DNA of 64,000 nucleotides from Azolla caroliniana (lineage: Eukaryota; Plantae; Polypodiophyta). How positions within the stretch are numbered: the stretch's first letter is position 1; each line of letters begins with the position of its first letter. Under the pieces are notes generated by a model. It saw nothing but the letters and a program-made list of their open reading frames with translations. It was not told the origin of the DNA and made no database searches. The position numbers were made by a program, and so were the translations under genes. Below are positions 26,596-39,474 of the stretch, piece after piece. The stretch covers positions 6,200,001-6,264,000 of the forward strand of contig JBHGNT010000006.1 of NCBI GenBank assembly GCA_043228905.1, given 5' to 3'.

Positions 26596-29500
26596 GAGAG
26601 AGAGAGAGAGAGAGAGAGAAAGAAAGATGTGTGCTCAAAGAAGACTATGTTTCAAACTTGCCTTTACAAGGTAAGTAACCCACTTATATTGTTAGGTTAA
26701 CTATGTGTTCACATTATAGATACAAGGTGGACGGAGTGGGATATTTATCCCAACAAACTCCCCCGTAAAAGGATTACTTTGCATGCATACAATGATATGG
26801 GGTGGTGGCCGATTAGGCAAAGATAAAGTCGGCTTGTTCGGATGCTTGCCGAGTCGACTGATGTTCGAATAAGACATTACTCGATTAGACCTTTAACCTC
26901 TAAGCTATCAGCTTTTCGTGCATGCTGTTTCCTATGCTTTCTGATTGATCGTTGATCGGCTTTCAGTTCCTTTGCACTCAACTGCATCTTCAACCTTCAG
27001 GCTGATTGGCTCCTTCGACTTCGCCTGTTCGACTTGTCTGGCCATGCCGTTCTTTGACTTACCTTCTGCTTTCCTTTCAGCTCTTCTTTGCTTGCTCCCT
27101 TGTTGTAGTCCCATATGTCCTCTTAATGCGTTGAATAGTTGATCTGAGAGTGGCTTTGTCAGGCTGTCGACGATGTTCACATGGGTATCCACTTGTCAGA
27201 CTTCGAACTTCTTGTTAGTGACAAGCTCCCGAATGTGATGGTACCTCACCTCAATATGCTTCATCTTGGCATGGTATACCGGATTCCTGATGAGGTATAT
27301 TGCGCTTTGTCAATCGCAATAACGGGTTGGCACTGGATGGTCGATTCGGCCTTTAGCTGATAGTTGGTGCAACCAAATGGTTTCCTTGGCAACTTCCAAT
27401 GTGGCTATGCACTCATCCTTTGTTGTCAAGGGTATCGTGCAATCTTGTAATTTCGACCTCCATGACATGGAGCAACTGCCATAGGTGAAAATATAACCTA
27501 ATGTTGACTTTCGATTGTCTAGATTATAGGAGTAGTCAGAGTCAGTGAAGCTTTTAACTTTGGTCTAATTGTTCGATCCGAATGTCATATGTAGATCTTT
27601 GGTGCCTCATAGGTACAAGAATATGTTCTTTACAGCCTCCCAGTGCTTCCGTCCAGGTTTTGACATGTATCGGTTGTCAATCCCTACGACATATGCAAGG
27701 TCGTTGCCACCATTGTGTACATGAGACTTCCTACAACCGATGCGTAGGGTATTTTGCTCATGAGCTTTCTCGCCTCTTCTGTGGATGGAGAGTCTCTGTC
27801 CGATAGTTGGAGTGACGTCAGAAACGGTGTTGGTGTTGGCTTCGAATTCTCCATATTGAAGCGCCTCAACACCTTTCAGATGTAATCATACTGGGAGGGC
27901 CGTAGAGTCTTTGTCTTCTGATTTCACTTTATCCTCATCCCCAGTATGTGTTGGGCTTGTCTAATTTCCTTCATCGCAAATTTGTCGTGAAGGCTCCACT
28001 TTAGTTCTCCGATCTTTGCTCTATTGTTCCCTACAATGAACATGACGTTGATGTATATCTGGAACTCATTGGCCAATTGCCGAATATACATACATGGGTC
28101 GGAGTTGGACAGGTGGTACCCGAGCTGTCGAATATAGGTATCAAATTTTTGATACCTCATCCTCGACGCTTGTTTTACGCCATAAAGGCTTTTCTTTAGT
28201 TGACATACAAGGTGACCTTCCTCCCTCGTCTTCGTGAAGCTTGCCGATTGAGACATATAGATTTCTTCTTCCAAGTCTCCATGTAGGAATGTCGTCTTGA
28301 CATCCAACTGCTCGAGCTCTAGGTCCTCAGTCACCATGACCCCAAGTATGAGTCAAAGGGTGGTCATCTTGACTATTGGTGAGAATATCTCATTGTAGTC
28401 AACCCGATGTTCTTGTTTGAATCCCTTTGTGACGAACTGAGCTTTGTATTTGGGCGTCTTTGAATCAGATACATATTTGTATCAAAATACCCATTTGCAG
28501 GGCATCGGCTTCCTTCCAATTGGTAATTCAAGTAGCTCCCATGTTTGATTCTGATGAATCGAGTCCATCTCAAATTTCATGGCTTGTAGCCATGTGTCGA
28601 CATCCGATGTGCTATAGCTTCCTCGTAGGAGCTTGGTTCGCTTGCGTCCGTGTAGTTGGCGTAGTTGAGGCCCAGTTGGTAAAACTTTGTTGGCATTTGC
28701 ACTCGTCCTGATCTCCTGGGTGCCGATTTGTTCGGTTCGGATTCTTCGATCATCATTATTGGTTGATAAGTATTTTTTGAACCATCTTCAGGAGTCCTTT
28801 GGGATGACTCACCTCTAGAATGGGATTTTGATGATGTTTGGTCATCCTCCCTTTCTTCGGGATCGATTGATAGAGGGATTTGTGCCTTGGTTGGTTGGGC
28901 TTAGTCTTTTGGCACTTTAGCATGAATGGGCGATTTGGTCATTTTGACTCTATCATTTTCACCTCCTGTCAATCTCTTAGTCGAATCGAATTCGACTAGT
29001 GAACCTCTTGTCGATTCGAATTCAGTAAGGGGATTGGATTGGTCTATTAAATTCAACAATTTGTTGAATCTCCAATTTGGTCCGGTGGGTCGGTTCTTCT
29101 ATGATATCTTTGTCGAAGGAGACATTTTTGCCACTTCTCTTAGGTTGGGATGGGTTTGAGGATAGAATGGAGTCGTTATTGAAGACTATGTCGCTGCTCT
29201 AGATCAATTTCCGGTTCTCTGGGTCCCATAACCTGTAGCCAAATTCCCCATCGGTTCCATAACCGAGAAATATGCACTTTGTTGCATGGGGTGCCAACTT
29301 GGTCCATTTGTCCCTGGGTATGAAGGCGTACGATTCGCATCCGAATTTTTGGAACTTGTTGTAGATCGGTTGTATGCCTGACCATAGTGCTTGTGGCACT
29401 TCGCGCCACACTGCCCTCGACGGTGATAGATGTATCAAATAGATGACCGTCAACAGTGCCTTGGCCCAACATTCCAACATTAGTCTAGAGTGCTAGAGCA

Positions 29501-31549
29501 TTGATGTCACCCTCGTAGGGATTGTCTAGTTGATCCATTCCTCCACACCATTCTAAATGGGAGCATAGGGAACGTGCTTTTGATGCCAGATCCATTTGTT
29601 GGACAGGTACTATTTGAAGGCTCAGGAGGTGTATTCCCCTCCATTGTCGAATCAAAGTGTCTTCACTCGGTGTCCTGATCAGTTCTCCACTTTGGCTATC
29701 CATCGAGTGAAGACCTCGAGCACTTCGTCTTTCGACCTAATGGAGTAGGCCCAAACATTCCATGTACAATCATCTACGAATGTGATGAGGTACCGGGAGC
29801 CTGCTAGTGACCTTTCGGGATTGGCCCACATATATATGTGTGGACCAGTTCTAGGGGTTGTCGTATTGTCTTATTATGGAGAAAGTGCGTACTTCGGGTC
29901 TGTTTCCCGTAACGACAATGCTCGTAGAAATCCGTCTTTGTCTGGAGCTTCGGGATGTAGCCTATCGTCGTCGGTCTAGTCCTGCTTGTGAAATATGGCC
30001 AAGCCGGCCATGCCATAGTTTTGAGTCCCACGATTCGGCTATGTTCACTTCCCCTCCTAGACTGATCACCATAAGTGGGTACACGTTATTGTATTTGTAT
30101 CCGTTTCCAATTTTTAGATTTCCTCGGCTGATCTCCATGATGATTCAATGAGAGTCGTTCTATACCCAACTTCAACTAGCATGTCGATGGAGACCAAACT
30201 CCTTTTCAACGCGGCTACGTACTAGAATTGGTGTAGGGTGATGCTATTGTCATTTGGCAATTGGATGGGGACCTCGCTGATCCTTGTGATCACACACTCC
30301 TACTCGTTGCCTAGTCGAATTGCGTTGTTGGCGCTGGTCGAATAGTCTGAAAACCATTCAATGTTGGGGGTTACGTGAAATGTGGCTCTAGGGTCCAACA
30401 ACCACATTTGTGCATCTTGTGCGCGATATAGAATTTCACTAGTCGATGATTCCAAAGAGAGGATTTCTCCCGATTGCGATTCAACAACATTAACTTGGTT
30501 GCCATCGGGAGAACGTTTCAAATTAGATTCTGTTGGATTTCGCCCGAATATCCGACCATTTTGCTTCTTCTTGATCGACTAACAGTGGGAGGCATCATGA
30601 CAAGTCTTTCTGCAATAAGTGCAAAAATCACTTGATCAACTATTCCTCGACTTCGACCGTTGTCGATTGTCAATCCTCCTTCTCGACCAACTGATTCTTC
30701 CAACTGGCTCGGTCAAGTAGTGGGCTTTCATCGATGGTGAGGCCCATTGATTTTTGTTGAATATCCTCAGTGAGGACTCGTCCGGTCATTTCATCAAGAT
30801 TCATCTTTGGACAACTATTGGTGAAAGCCATGTAGAATACCTCCCAGCTCGCCGACAAGCTTGAAAGTAAGGCAAGGGCTTTCACTTCTTCTTGAAAGTT
30901 AATCCCTTGGGAGGAGAGCTCGGATAACACCCGACTGAAGGTGTTAATGTGGGAGATCGTCAAATTTGTCTCTCTCATCTTCATATTGAACAACTATTGG
31001 ATCAATATGAGCTTTGATGAGGACGACTGCTTTTCATAAATGGCCTGCAACTTCTCCCACAAGGTAAATGTCATCATATCTTTGGCCATGTTGAAGTAAA
31101 CGTTCTTTGATTGGATGCATTCGGATGGTCGACCTAGGTATTTCATCTAGTGAGCGACATTCGTCTACTATCATTGAGGCTGGTTTGTTATTGTGTTGTA
31201 TTGGCTCGATTTGACATTGGATGATCAATACATATTGTATCATTTCCTTCCATAGGACAAAGTTCGTGCCGTCGAACTTTCGGATTTCTACTCCCGTGCC
31301 GGTTGTAGAAGCCAAGTTTTGTAGGAAGTAAGATTTTTCTGACCTGGTTTTTTCCTTTAACTGATTCTTTTCTTCTCAAGTTTGTGTTGATGTTGCCGCC
31401 GGACTGCAAGTCACTGTGATACCAAATGTAGAAGTGGTTGGTACGGAAGCGAGATTAAGGACCTGTCAGTGAGTCTTGCGAACAACACTCGTACTGAAGA
31501 AGATGTGCACTATGATAAGAATCAAGAAGATGAAAGTAGACATTGGCAT

Positions 31550-31594
<45 letters not shown>

Positions 31595-31728
31595 TGCTCA
31601 AAGAAGACTATGTTACATTAACCTTCGAACTTGTTTTTACAAGGTAAGTAACCCTCTTATATAGTTAGGTTAACTATGTGTTCACACTAGAGATACATGG
31701 TGGGTGGAGTGGGACTTTTATCCCAACA
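26595..31728 (-). mobile_element. Old degenerate Ty1/copia element (copia-3)
   Basis: 5' LTR 31427-31728; partial 3' LTR ~26595-26755 (shared (GA)n-TGTGCTCAAAGAAGACTATG...CCCAACA); PBS-like TGGTATCAC; PPT 26756-26766; fragments KFDGTNF, WLLDPRATFH, KCIFLGY, QLDVKTTFLHG, YASVVGSLMY, DSLTKPL. Confidence 0.9.
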
Positions 31729-34006
31729 CAAAATTCCTTCAACAAAGAATTGTGTCATGTTGTAATTCCAATTTGCAAAGTTGGCGTGTCTAGCTTCTTG
31801 CCACGGAGTGAGCTACCCATTTATATATTCATGATGACCGTTGTCGCGTTGTTACGCGCGTGCGTGTAGAAGGGGCGGGACCACGGGGGTCTCGAACTAG
31901 GGAGTAGAGGAGAAGGAATAAGGTATGATATGGAGGCTTAGCTCAAGAGGAGAAGAAGAAAGAATAAGATCACCACATAGAAGGAGAGATCACGGAGGCA
32001 AGATACTCAACAAGTTATATTAAAACGAACAAATGATTACAACAATGGTGGCCGCATGGGCCGCACCAAAACTACTATGAGAAAACCCTAACCGAAGATG
32101 AATAAGGAAAACCCTAAACGAAACCCTAACCCTAAAACGGTAAGAACTCTAGACTAAGTGGTATACCTCTCATACGCAAAATAGGCAACCCTTCATAAGT
32201 GACCCCTCCCTTCATTTTATAGCCCAAGGAGGGAGGGACCTTACAATGTGGGATAAAATTTCCCCTCTCTTTCTATACACCATATCCTAGTATACATGTG
32301 CACATGTTGCACACCACCAACTTGCCCATTCCACCCCGGTTTCACATTATAGTCGGAAATCTTTATGACATCCACCCCCACCAAACCGCACATCCACCGG
32401 TATGTGCCAAGAAAGGAAAAGGGTGAGAGATTTCGGCGACGGTGATCAACCGGGTCCTTCGACTTACTGGCACCCAATCGTCTTGCCGGTCCCTTGCCGG
32501 TGCCAATCCGTCTTACCAGCTCCTTACCGGCCCTGACCCGCCGGCTCCATCCGATCTACCACGTTCACCGCGTGTCCCCGAACCAGCGGCTCCATCTGAT
32601 CCGCCATATCCGACGTTCGCGCCTTCTTCTTCGACCGGCCCTCCCGAACATCGTTGGTGACCCGATTGCTCTTCCTTTGTCCGCCTCATATATCCTCCGG
32701 ATGCGCTCCCAATCTCTCCGATCGCACCCCGGATTCCGCCCTTTGCGTGCCGCGTATGTTCCTCCTTTGGTTTTATCGTCTCCGCATGCCGAACACCTCG
32801 GCGTGTCGACTCTTCCCGCTCCGCGCTTGCCTTTCGTAGGCTCTTCCCGTGCGTCGAATATGCACTCATTCTTTGGCCCTTAGGCGACCTCATTCCGCGT
32901 TCCTTGCTTCTCCTTTGCCTATCGTGCTCTCTCGTCGTAGAGCGTACCGTCATCCCGACCTATGTGTCGGTGTCCCTCGAGGCTCTCGTTACCGCCTCGC
33001 CTCGACTTGCGCCCTCTTGGCCCGCTTGGCCTTGCATGCCCTCCGGGAAGCCGCCGCGTTTTCTCTTCCCGATGTGTACCCCATTGTTCTCCGCGCATCC
33101 CCTCCGTTTTCCCAGACACAATTCTTCGTTCATGTCGATCATGGCGTCTCGTCGCACCGTCCTTCGTCCCGCGCTTGCCTCTCGAAGGCTTCCTCCAACC
33201 ATTATCATCGGTCACTCGTTGCGGCTCCTCCGAATGCATGCTCATTCTTTGGTCCTTAGGTGAAGAATTTCGGCCAGAGGCAGAAACCGGGAAACATTGG
33301 CTACATCGGCGGGGTGCAACGTGTGTGCTCACCCATGTACATTTAGTGTGAATAACGAGGGCGCCTTTATGGCGCCGAAGAGTAGTCAAGTTGGGACAGA
33401 CGATCCCATGTAAGTCGGGAATTATCCCACATTGTAACGCATCTCTCTCCTTGTTCTATAAAAGGAAGGGAGCGCCCTTTGTGAAAGGGTTGCCCATTTT
33501 GCGTTAGAGGGTATACCGTTAGATTTAGGGTTAGCGACATTTCTTCTTCTTCTTCTTCTTCTTCCCCCTTCGTGTTCGCTTAGGGTTTGCTTAAGCTCGT
33601 CTCCTGCGCAAGACCCCGCTCGGGTGCTTCCCCTTTCCTACGTTTCCTGTGTATATTCCAGTATGTCTGTGTATATTCGCGTCTCTGTTGGTGTCGGGTG
33701 CTTCCCCTTTCCTACGTTTCCTGTACATAAGGGCGTGAGTCGGGTCAGCATGTGTGTGTGTGCGTGAGTCAGTGTTAAGCGCGCGCTCCCTCTCTTTCTC
33801 TCTCTCCCTTCAGTCGCTTCCGGTGTGCTTCTGGGATGCCCCGGAAACGGTGAAGCACGACTTCCTACGCTCTGTCACTCCCTAGTCCAAGACCCCCGTG
33901 GTCCCGCCTTTCTCCACGCATGCGCGTAACAACGCGACATATTTGGTGAACTCGACGTGAAAGGCGGAAAGGGAGGATAGAGTCGGAAGACGACGACCTC
34001 GCGGAG

Positions 34007-34441
34007 ATGGTGGCCGAAGTGGTGTTGGAGTCGGCACAAGTGATGATGAGGCGAGAAGCAGCGCAACAAGCGGTTGAGCGAGTGGTCGAAAGAGTCAGCC
34101 GTTTCAACGGGGACAGAGTCCCATCTTACTTGGAAACCTACAACGCGGAAGTGGAGGAGTGCGGCGTAGACGAGGCGTTGAGGCTGGAGTTCTTCTGTCG
34201 GGTTGTAGCTGTCCGGATGCATGCGGAAGTAAAGGAGCTCCGTGAGGCTCATAGTTCGTGGGAGGCCTTCGAAGAGGCGCTCTTGAAGGCATACGGAGGA
34301 CGGCGGAAGATCGGTACGACGGTACGACAGGAGAGGGTGCGGAACAAAACGCCCTCTCGACTTGCGGAGATAGAACGGCCAAGGACGAGGCCGAGATACA
34401 AATCGCAGAACCGGGTAGTTGGGACCAGCGGTTTCGGGCGT
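34007..34441 (+). CDS. Short gag-like ORF of element B, interrupted by a solo LTR (the raw ORF runs on to 34555)
   Basis: AAQQAVERVVERVSRFNGDRVPSYLETYNAEV...LRLEFF...SWEAFEEALLKAY aligns with the 48016 ORF. Confidence 0.7.
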
Positions 34442-35120
34442 TGTCGCGTTATTACGCGTGTGCGTGTAGAAGGGCGGGACCGCGGGGGTCTTGGACTAGG
34501 GAGTGGAGGAGAAAGATTAGCTCAAGAGGAGAAGAGAACGAATATGGTATTATGATAGAAGAAGAAGATGCAATCAAGATACTCAACAAGAAGTTCTATT
34601 AAGAAATGAATGATTACAACAAATGGTGGCCGCCATGGCTGCACCAAACGACTATATGAAAAACCCTAAAGGAAAACCCAAGAAGGAAACCGTAACCGAA
34701 ACCCTAACCCTAAAACGAAATGGGAAGAAGTAGAACCCTCGACTAAGTGGTATACCTTACTCACACAAAATAGGCAACCCCCACAATGGTGCCTTCTCTC
34801 TCCCTTTATAGCACAAGGAGGGAAGACCGCTTACAAAGGTGAGACTAAAATATCCCCTTTCATTCAAAGGGGATATTTGCCTTGATTTGGGGGAGGGTGA
34901 GATTGATGGCCCCTTAACTCCCACCTCCTCACAAACAACTAGGTACCTATGTACCGCATAGTACCTCTCTCTCTCTCTCTCGCGTGGATGTGCGTACAAC
35001 CACATCACCTTTATACCTTTATTACTATTACAAATACATTATGTACGTGTGCAATGTTGCACATCGCTCTTTGGCTCTCGTTGCTCGGGTTTCCGCTTGT
35101 GGACGAAAATCTTCACGACA
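34442..35120 (-). mobile_element. Solo LTR (subfamily C) of the Trp-primed family
   Basis: TGTCGCG...CACGACA with 4-bp TSD GCGT on both sides; reverse-complement homologue of 46836-47563. Confidence 0.92.
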
Positions 35121-38100
35121 GCGTGTCAGCCTGAAACCCCAAAAATCGGAGAAGCAAGCCCAGGCGGGGCTTGCGCGATCGGTAAGAAGACGACCGCCGA
35201 CCACGAAGAGTCGGTGGCTACAGAGAAGGGCGTAAAACGAACGAGCGATTCTTTGTGTCTTCCCACACTTGCTCCCGAGACGATGGCAGTCGGGCCCGAG
35301 TGCCCACGTGAGTGAGTCCCAAGCGGAGGAAGGCGGTGGCGAAAGACCAAGAATCACCGACGAGACGACACGGGGAAGGAGCGGACGAAAGCCCAGGGAC
35401 CCGATTCCGGAGAACTTAGCATTCGGGCCCGTATGCCCATGTAAGACCGAGGAGATGGATGGTAGTACCGAGGAGTCCTGGCATGATGCCAGCGAAGATG
35501 GATGGGAGATGGCCAGCGAAAGGGTCGACGAGGAGACCAAGGAACGACCCGACCGGGGACAGAACCATGCGACGCTCTGATACGGGTGGAGCGTGATCTG
35601 GTCGTGGATTGTTCGATCGGGGCCGTATTCGGCATAAAGGTGCCGATACGGGAGAGGGTGCGGGACGAGCCGCCCTCTTTTACATGGGGAGAAAGACCGA
35701 CTGGGCGAAGGTCGAGAGTTGAAAGGAGAATGAAAGTCGGTCCTATGGAGTTCCTTACACCGATCCGGCTGTCGGCCCGAGTGCCGGCGTGGGTCCTATA
35801 GGAGAGATCGGTGGCGACAGGAGAACGGGACCCGGCAATACAGAGAAGGACTAACGGACCCGGACGAGAACCGGGCGGAGCGGACTCCCGGATGACCATT
35901 CCGGGAGGGAGGAAGAGAGCAGGCCTAGGGAGAGGCTGAGGAGACGGTACGTCGGTACCACGGGAGAGGGTGCGGACCAAAACGCCCTCTTGGCATGCGG
36001 AAAAGGATGACCCGAGACAGGGTCAGGAAGACAAATCGGAGGCCCAAGGAGGATCCTTCACACCGGTTCTAGAGACTTCGGCAGTCGGCAACGCGGCCGA
36101 CGTAAGACCAAGATACTGACGGTGGCGGCGAGGTGACGAAGGAAAAGGGCTACGGATGGGCAGTCTACGGAGATCCTCACACCGATCCGGCGGTCAGCCC
36201 GAGAGCCGGTGTGAGTCCTATAGGAAGGGACGGTGGCGGCAGGTGAACATGACCGGACGACGGAAGCAGAAAAAGAAGGTATCAGGCCAGCGGGGCGGCT
36301 ACGAACCGAATCGGACCTTCCGGCAAGGTCAGTGGGCGAAAGGAAGTCCGGTCCTACGGGATCCCCACACTTAACTAGAGACTCCGGCAGTTCGGCCAAC
36401 GTGGCAACATGAGACCGAGAGTGAAGGTTGGTGGCGGCGGGAAACGGGACCCGACTACGCGGAAGACACGAGGAGAGTCCGGGAGGGACTCAAACAAAAG
36501 ACACCCGAATTTCGGCAAGCATAGAAACGGAGTCCGGTCCTATGGGACCCTCACACCGATCCGGAGACTCCGGCAGTTCGGCCAACGTGGCAACGTGAGA
36601 CCTAGGGAGAAGGAGGGTGGCAGTAGGGAACGGGACCCGACAACACGAGGTTTCGGAAGGAAGCCGGTAGGGGCAAACACGGGGCGGTGTGTCAGGCCGG
36701 AAAGGCACACCTGGGATGGAATAAGAGTCTCGCAAGTGGCCATCGCGGGCCGGATCAAAGCGTGACTACGGGACAGTGTTCGGCACGGGCGGTGCCGAAC
36801 GAAGGAAGCGAAAGACGGCACAAGGGAGGTGCCGGGAACGAGGTGACAAGTGCCTAGTGGACTGCACAGGGTTGGAGTCAGGGGATGCCAAGAGAGGCCA
36901 GAGGAGGATCCTCCACACTCGCTTCGTAGATCTCAGTAGCTCCGTTGAAGTAGCGAAGACTGACACGGCAAGCCGGGATGACAAGCGGGTGGGGGCGAGG
37001 GGACGACGGCAAGCGGAAGACTCAGGACCTGTTGTAGCACCACAAAGACGGGAAGGGCCAAGCGGGCTACTACGGGGTGTTCCTCGGATGCGGAGAACAC
37101 CAGTATGCGGGTGAGCGGCGATGCACGATTTGGCCGGGAAAGGGGCCGACAAGGCGTGCAATGAACCAGAGTACGGCACAGGTGGTGCCAAACAACGGGC
37201 GAGGGTATGTGGCGCACGGAGGTGCTGGAGCGGAAAGACGAGCGCAGAGATAGGTTGCGCGGTTCGGAGGTAGCGCGTAGAAGGCCAGAAAGGGATCCTC
37301 CACACTATTCCGGAGACCATGGCGGTTCGAGCCGACGCGACGATGTAAGACCATGGAGAAGGAAGGTGGCGGCGAGAGGACGAAGGCAACGCAAAACAAC
37401 ATGGGACGACAATCAGGACATCACAAATGGTCAACGGAGGCCAAGCGGTCCACTACGGGCGTGCCTCAAGCGGAGGACATCAGGCATACGGCGGGAAACG
37501 GGGCGTTCATATGGCCGAACAAGGGCCAACGGAAGTACGCGTACTACGGAGATCGCGGCAGAGGACCCATCGACGGGTCGAACGAGCCTATGGGGAGGTA
37601 AGCGCGAAGGAAGAATCGAAGCCGAAGGATCAAACCGGCAACGAGCCGGGATGCGGATCACGGAAGACCGGTTTCTCACCGGCCAAAATCTCTCACCCTT
37701 CACCGGATTTGGCACGTACAGGTGGACGTGTGGTTAGGTGGGGGCGGATGTCGTGAAGAATTTCGGCCAGAGGCGGAAACCGGGAAACATTGGTTACATC
37801 GGTGGGGTGCAACGTGTGTGCTCACCCATGTACATTTAGTGTGAATAACGAGGGCGCCTTTATGGCGCCGAAGAGTAGTCAAGTCGGGACAGATGATCCC
37901 ATGTAAGTCGGGATTTATCCCACATTGTAACGCATCCCTCTCCTTGTTCTATAAAAGGAAGGGAGCGCCCTTTGTGAAAGGGTTGCCCATTTTGCGTTCG
38001 AGGGTATACCGTTAGATTTAGGGTTAGCGACATTTCTTCTTCTTCTTCTTCTTCCCCCTTCGTGTTCGCTTAGGGTTTGCTTAAGCTCGTCTCCTGCGCA

Positions 38101-39474
38101 AGACCCCGCTCGGCACGACAAGCCCGTGAGCTCCCCGACCGGCGGCTTGGCAGCTAACGACTACTGTAACCTACCTCGGTCCGGCTCGAAGCCGGGAATG
38201 TATTATTCCTTTTATATATATACATTTGCGTATGTCTGTGTATATTCGCGTCTCTGTTGGTGTCGGGTGCTTCCCCTTTCCTGTGTTTCCTGTACATAAG
38301 GGTGTGAGTCGGGTCGGCATGTGTGTGTGTGTGCGTGTGTGTGCGTGTGTGTGCATGAGTCGGTGTTAAGCGCGCGCTCCCTCGCTTTCTCTCTCTCCCT
38401 TCGGTCGCTTCCGGTGTGCTTCTAGGATGCCCCGGAAACGATGAAGCACGACTTCCTACGCTCCGTCACTCCCTAGTCCAAGACCCCCGTGGTCCCGCCT
38501 TTCTCCACGCACGCGCGTAACAACGCGACAACCCGCACCTCGATTCTCCCTTGCTCTCCATGCTCTCTCGTAGTAGAGTGTATCGTCATCCCGACCTTCG
38601 TGTCGGGGTTCTTCGCGGCTCTCGTTACCACTTCATCCCGACTCGCATCCTCTTGGCCCGCTTAGCCCCGCATGTCCTCCGAGACGCCGCTTTGTCTCTC
38701 CCCGATGCATAACTCTTTGCTCTCCGTGCACCATCCTCCGCTTTCGTTGTTCATCCGCCGATCCCGGCAACTCACCACCCTGTCTCTTGCATCGTGCTTG
38801 CCTCTCAAGGGCTTGACCGGTCCGCCGTTGCCGGTCACTCGTTGCCGCTCTTCCGGCTACATGCTTGTTGCTTGGCCCTTCGTCGGTCGTAGTCCATGCT
38901 CCGTTTTACGCCGTAATGCATGCTTCGTGTTACACGCTTCTTCCGCCGTAGTCCCGACCTCCGCGTCGGCCTCTTCTTCCTTTGTCGTCGTAGACCCTTC
39001 CATCTCCGTTTGGACCTCTTGGCCATGCTTGTTCGTCTTCACGCACCGGGTACCCGTTCCGGTAGCCTCGTCCGTTCCGGTCTCCGACTCCTCGTCGCCA
39101 CCCGTCGTCTCTCCGGTCTTATGTTGATCCACAACCGCCAAAGTCTCTAGAATAGATGGGGAGGGTCCCACTCGTTTCCGGTCTTCCACGGAACCGTAGT
39201 CATCATGCCTGCTTGGCCTCCTTCTCACGCTCACCGACTCCCACCGGGTGTTGTGGCTCGTTCGCCTCGACCTCCAATCACGAGCGGAGGTGCCAGGACC
39301 TTACCCACACCTATTCTAGAGACTTCGGAGGTCGGCCCCGAGAGCCCACGTGAGACCGGAGAGACGGAAGGTGGCAGCGGCAAAGCGGACGATCGAAACG
39401 ATGACGAGGAAGGTCATAGCGGACGGAGGCAAGACCACTCGACACCGAGACCGGAGACTACGACGGTTGCGCTC

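Larger units (their letters stand above)
33260..38530 (+). mobile_element. Nested non-autonomous LTR element B of the same Trp-primed family
   Basis: 5' LTR 33260-33939 (first bases lost), PBS TGGTGAACTCGACGTGAA 33944-33961, PPT GGTTAGGTGGGGGCGGA, 3' LTR 37749-38530; GC-rich repetitive interior with no pol. Confidence 0.9.
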
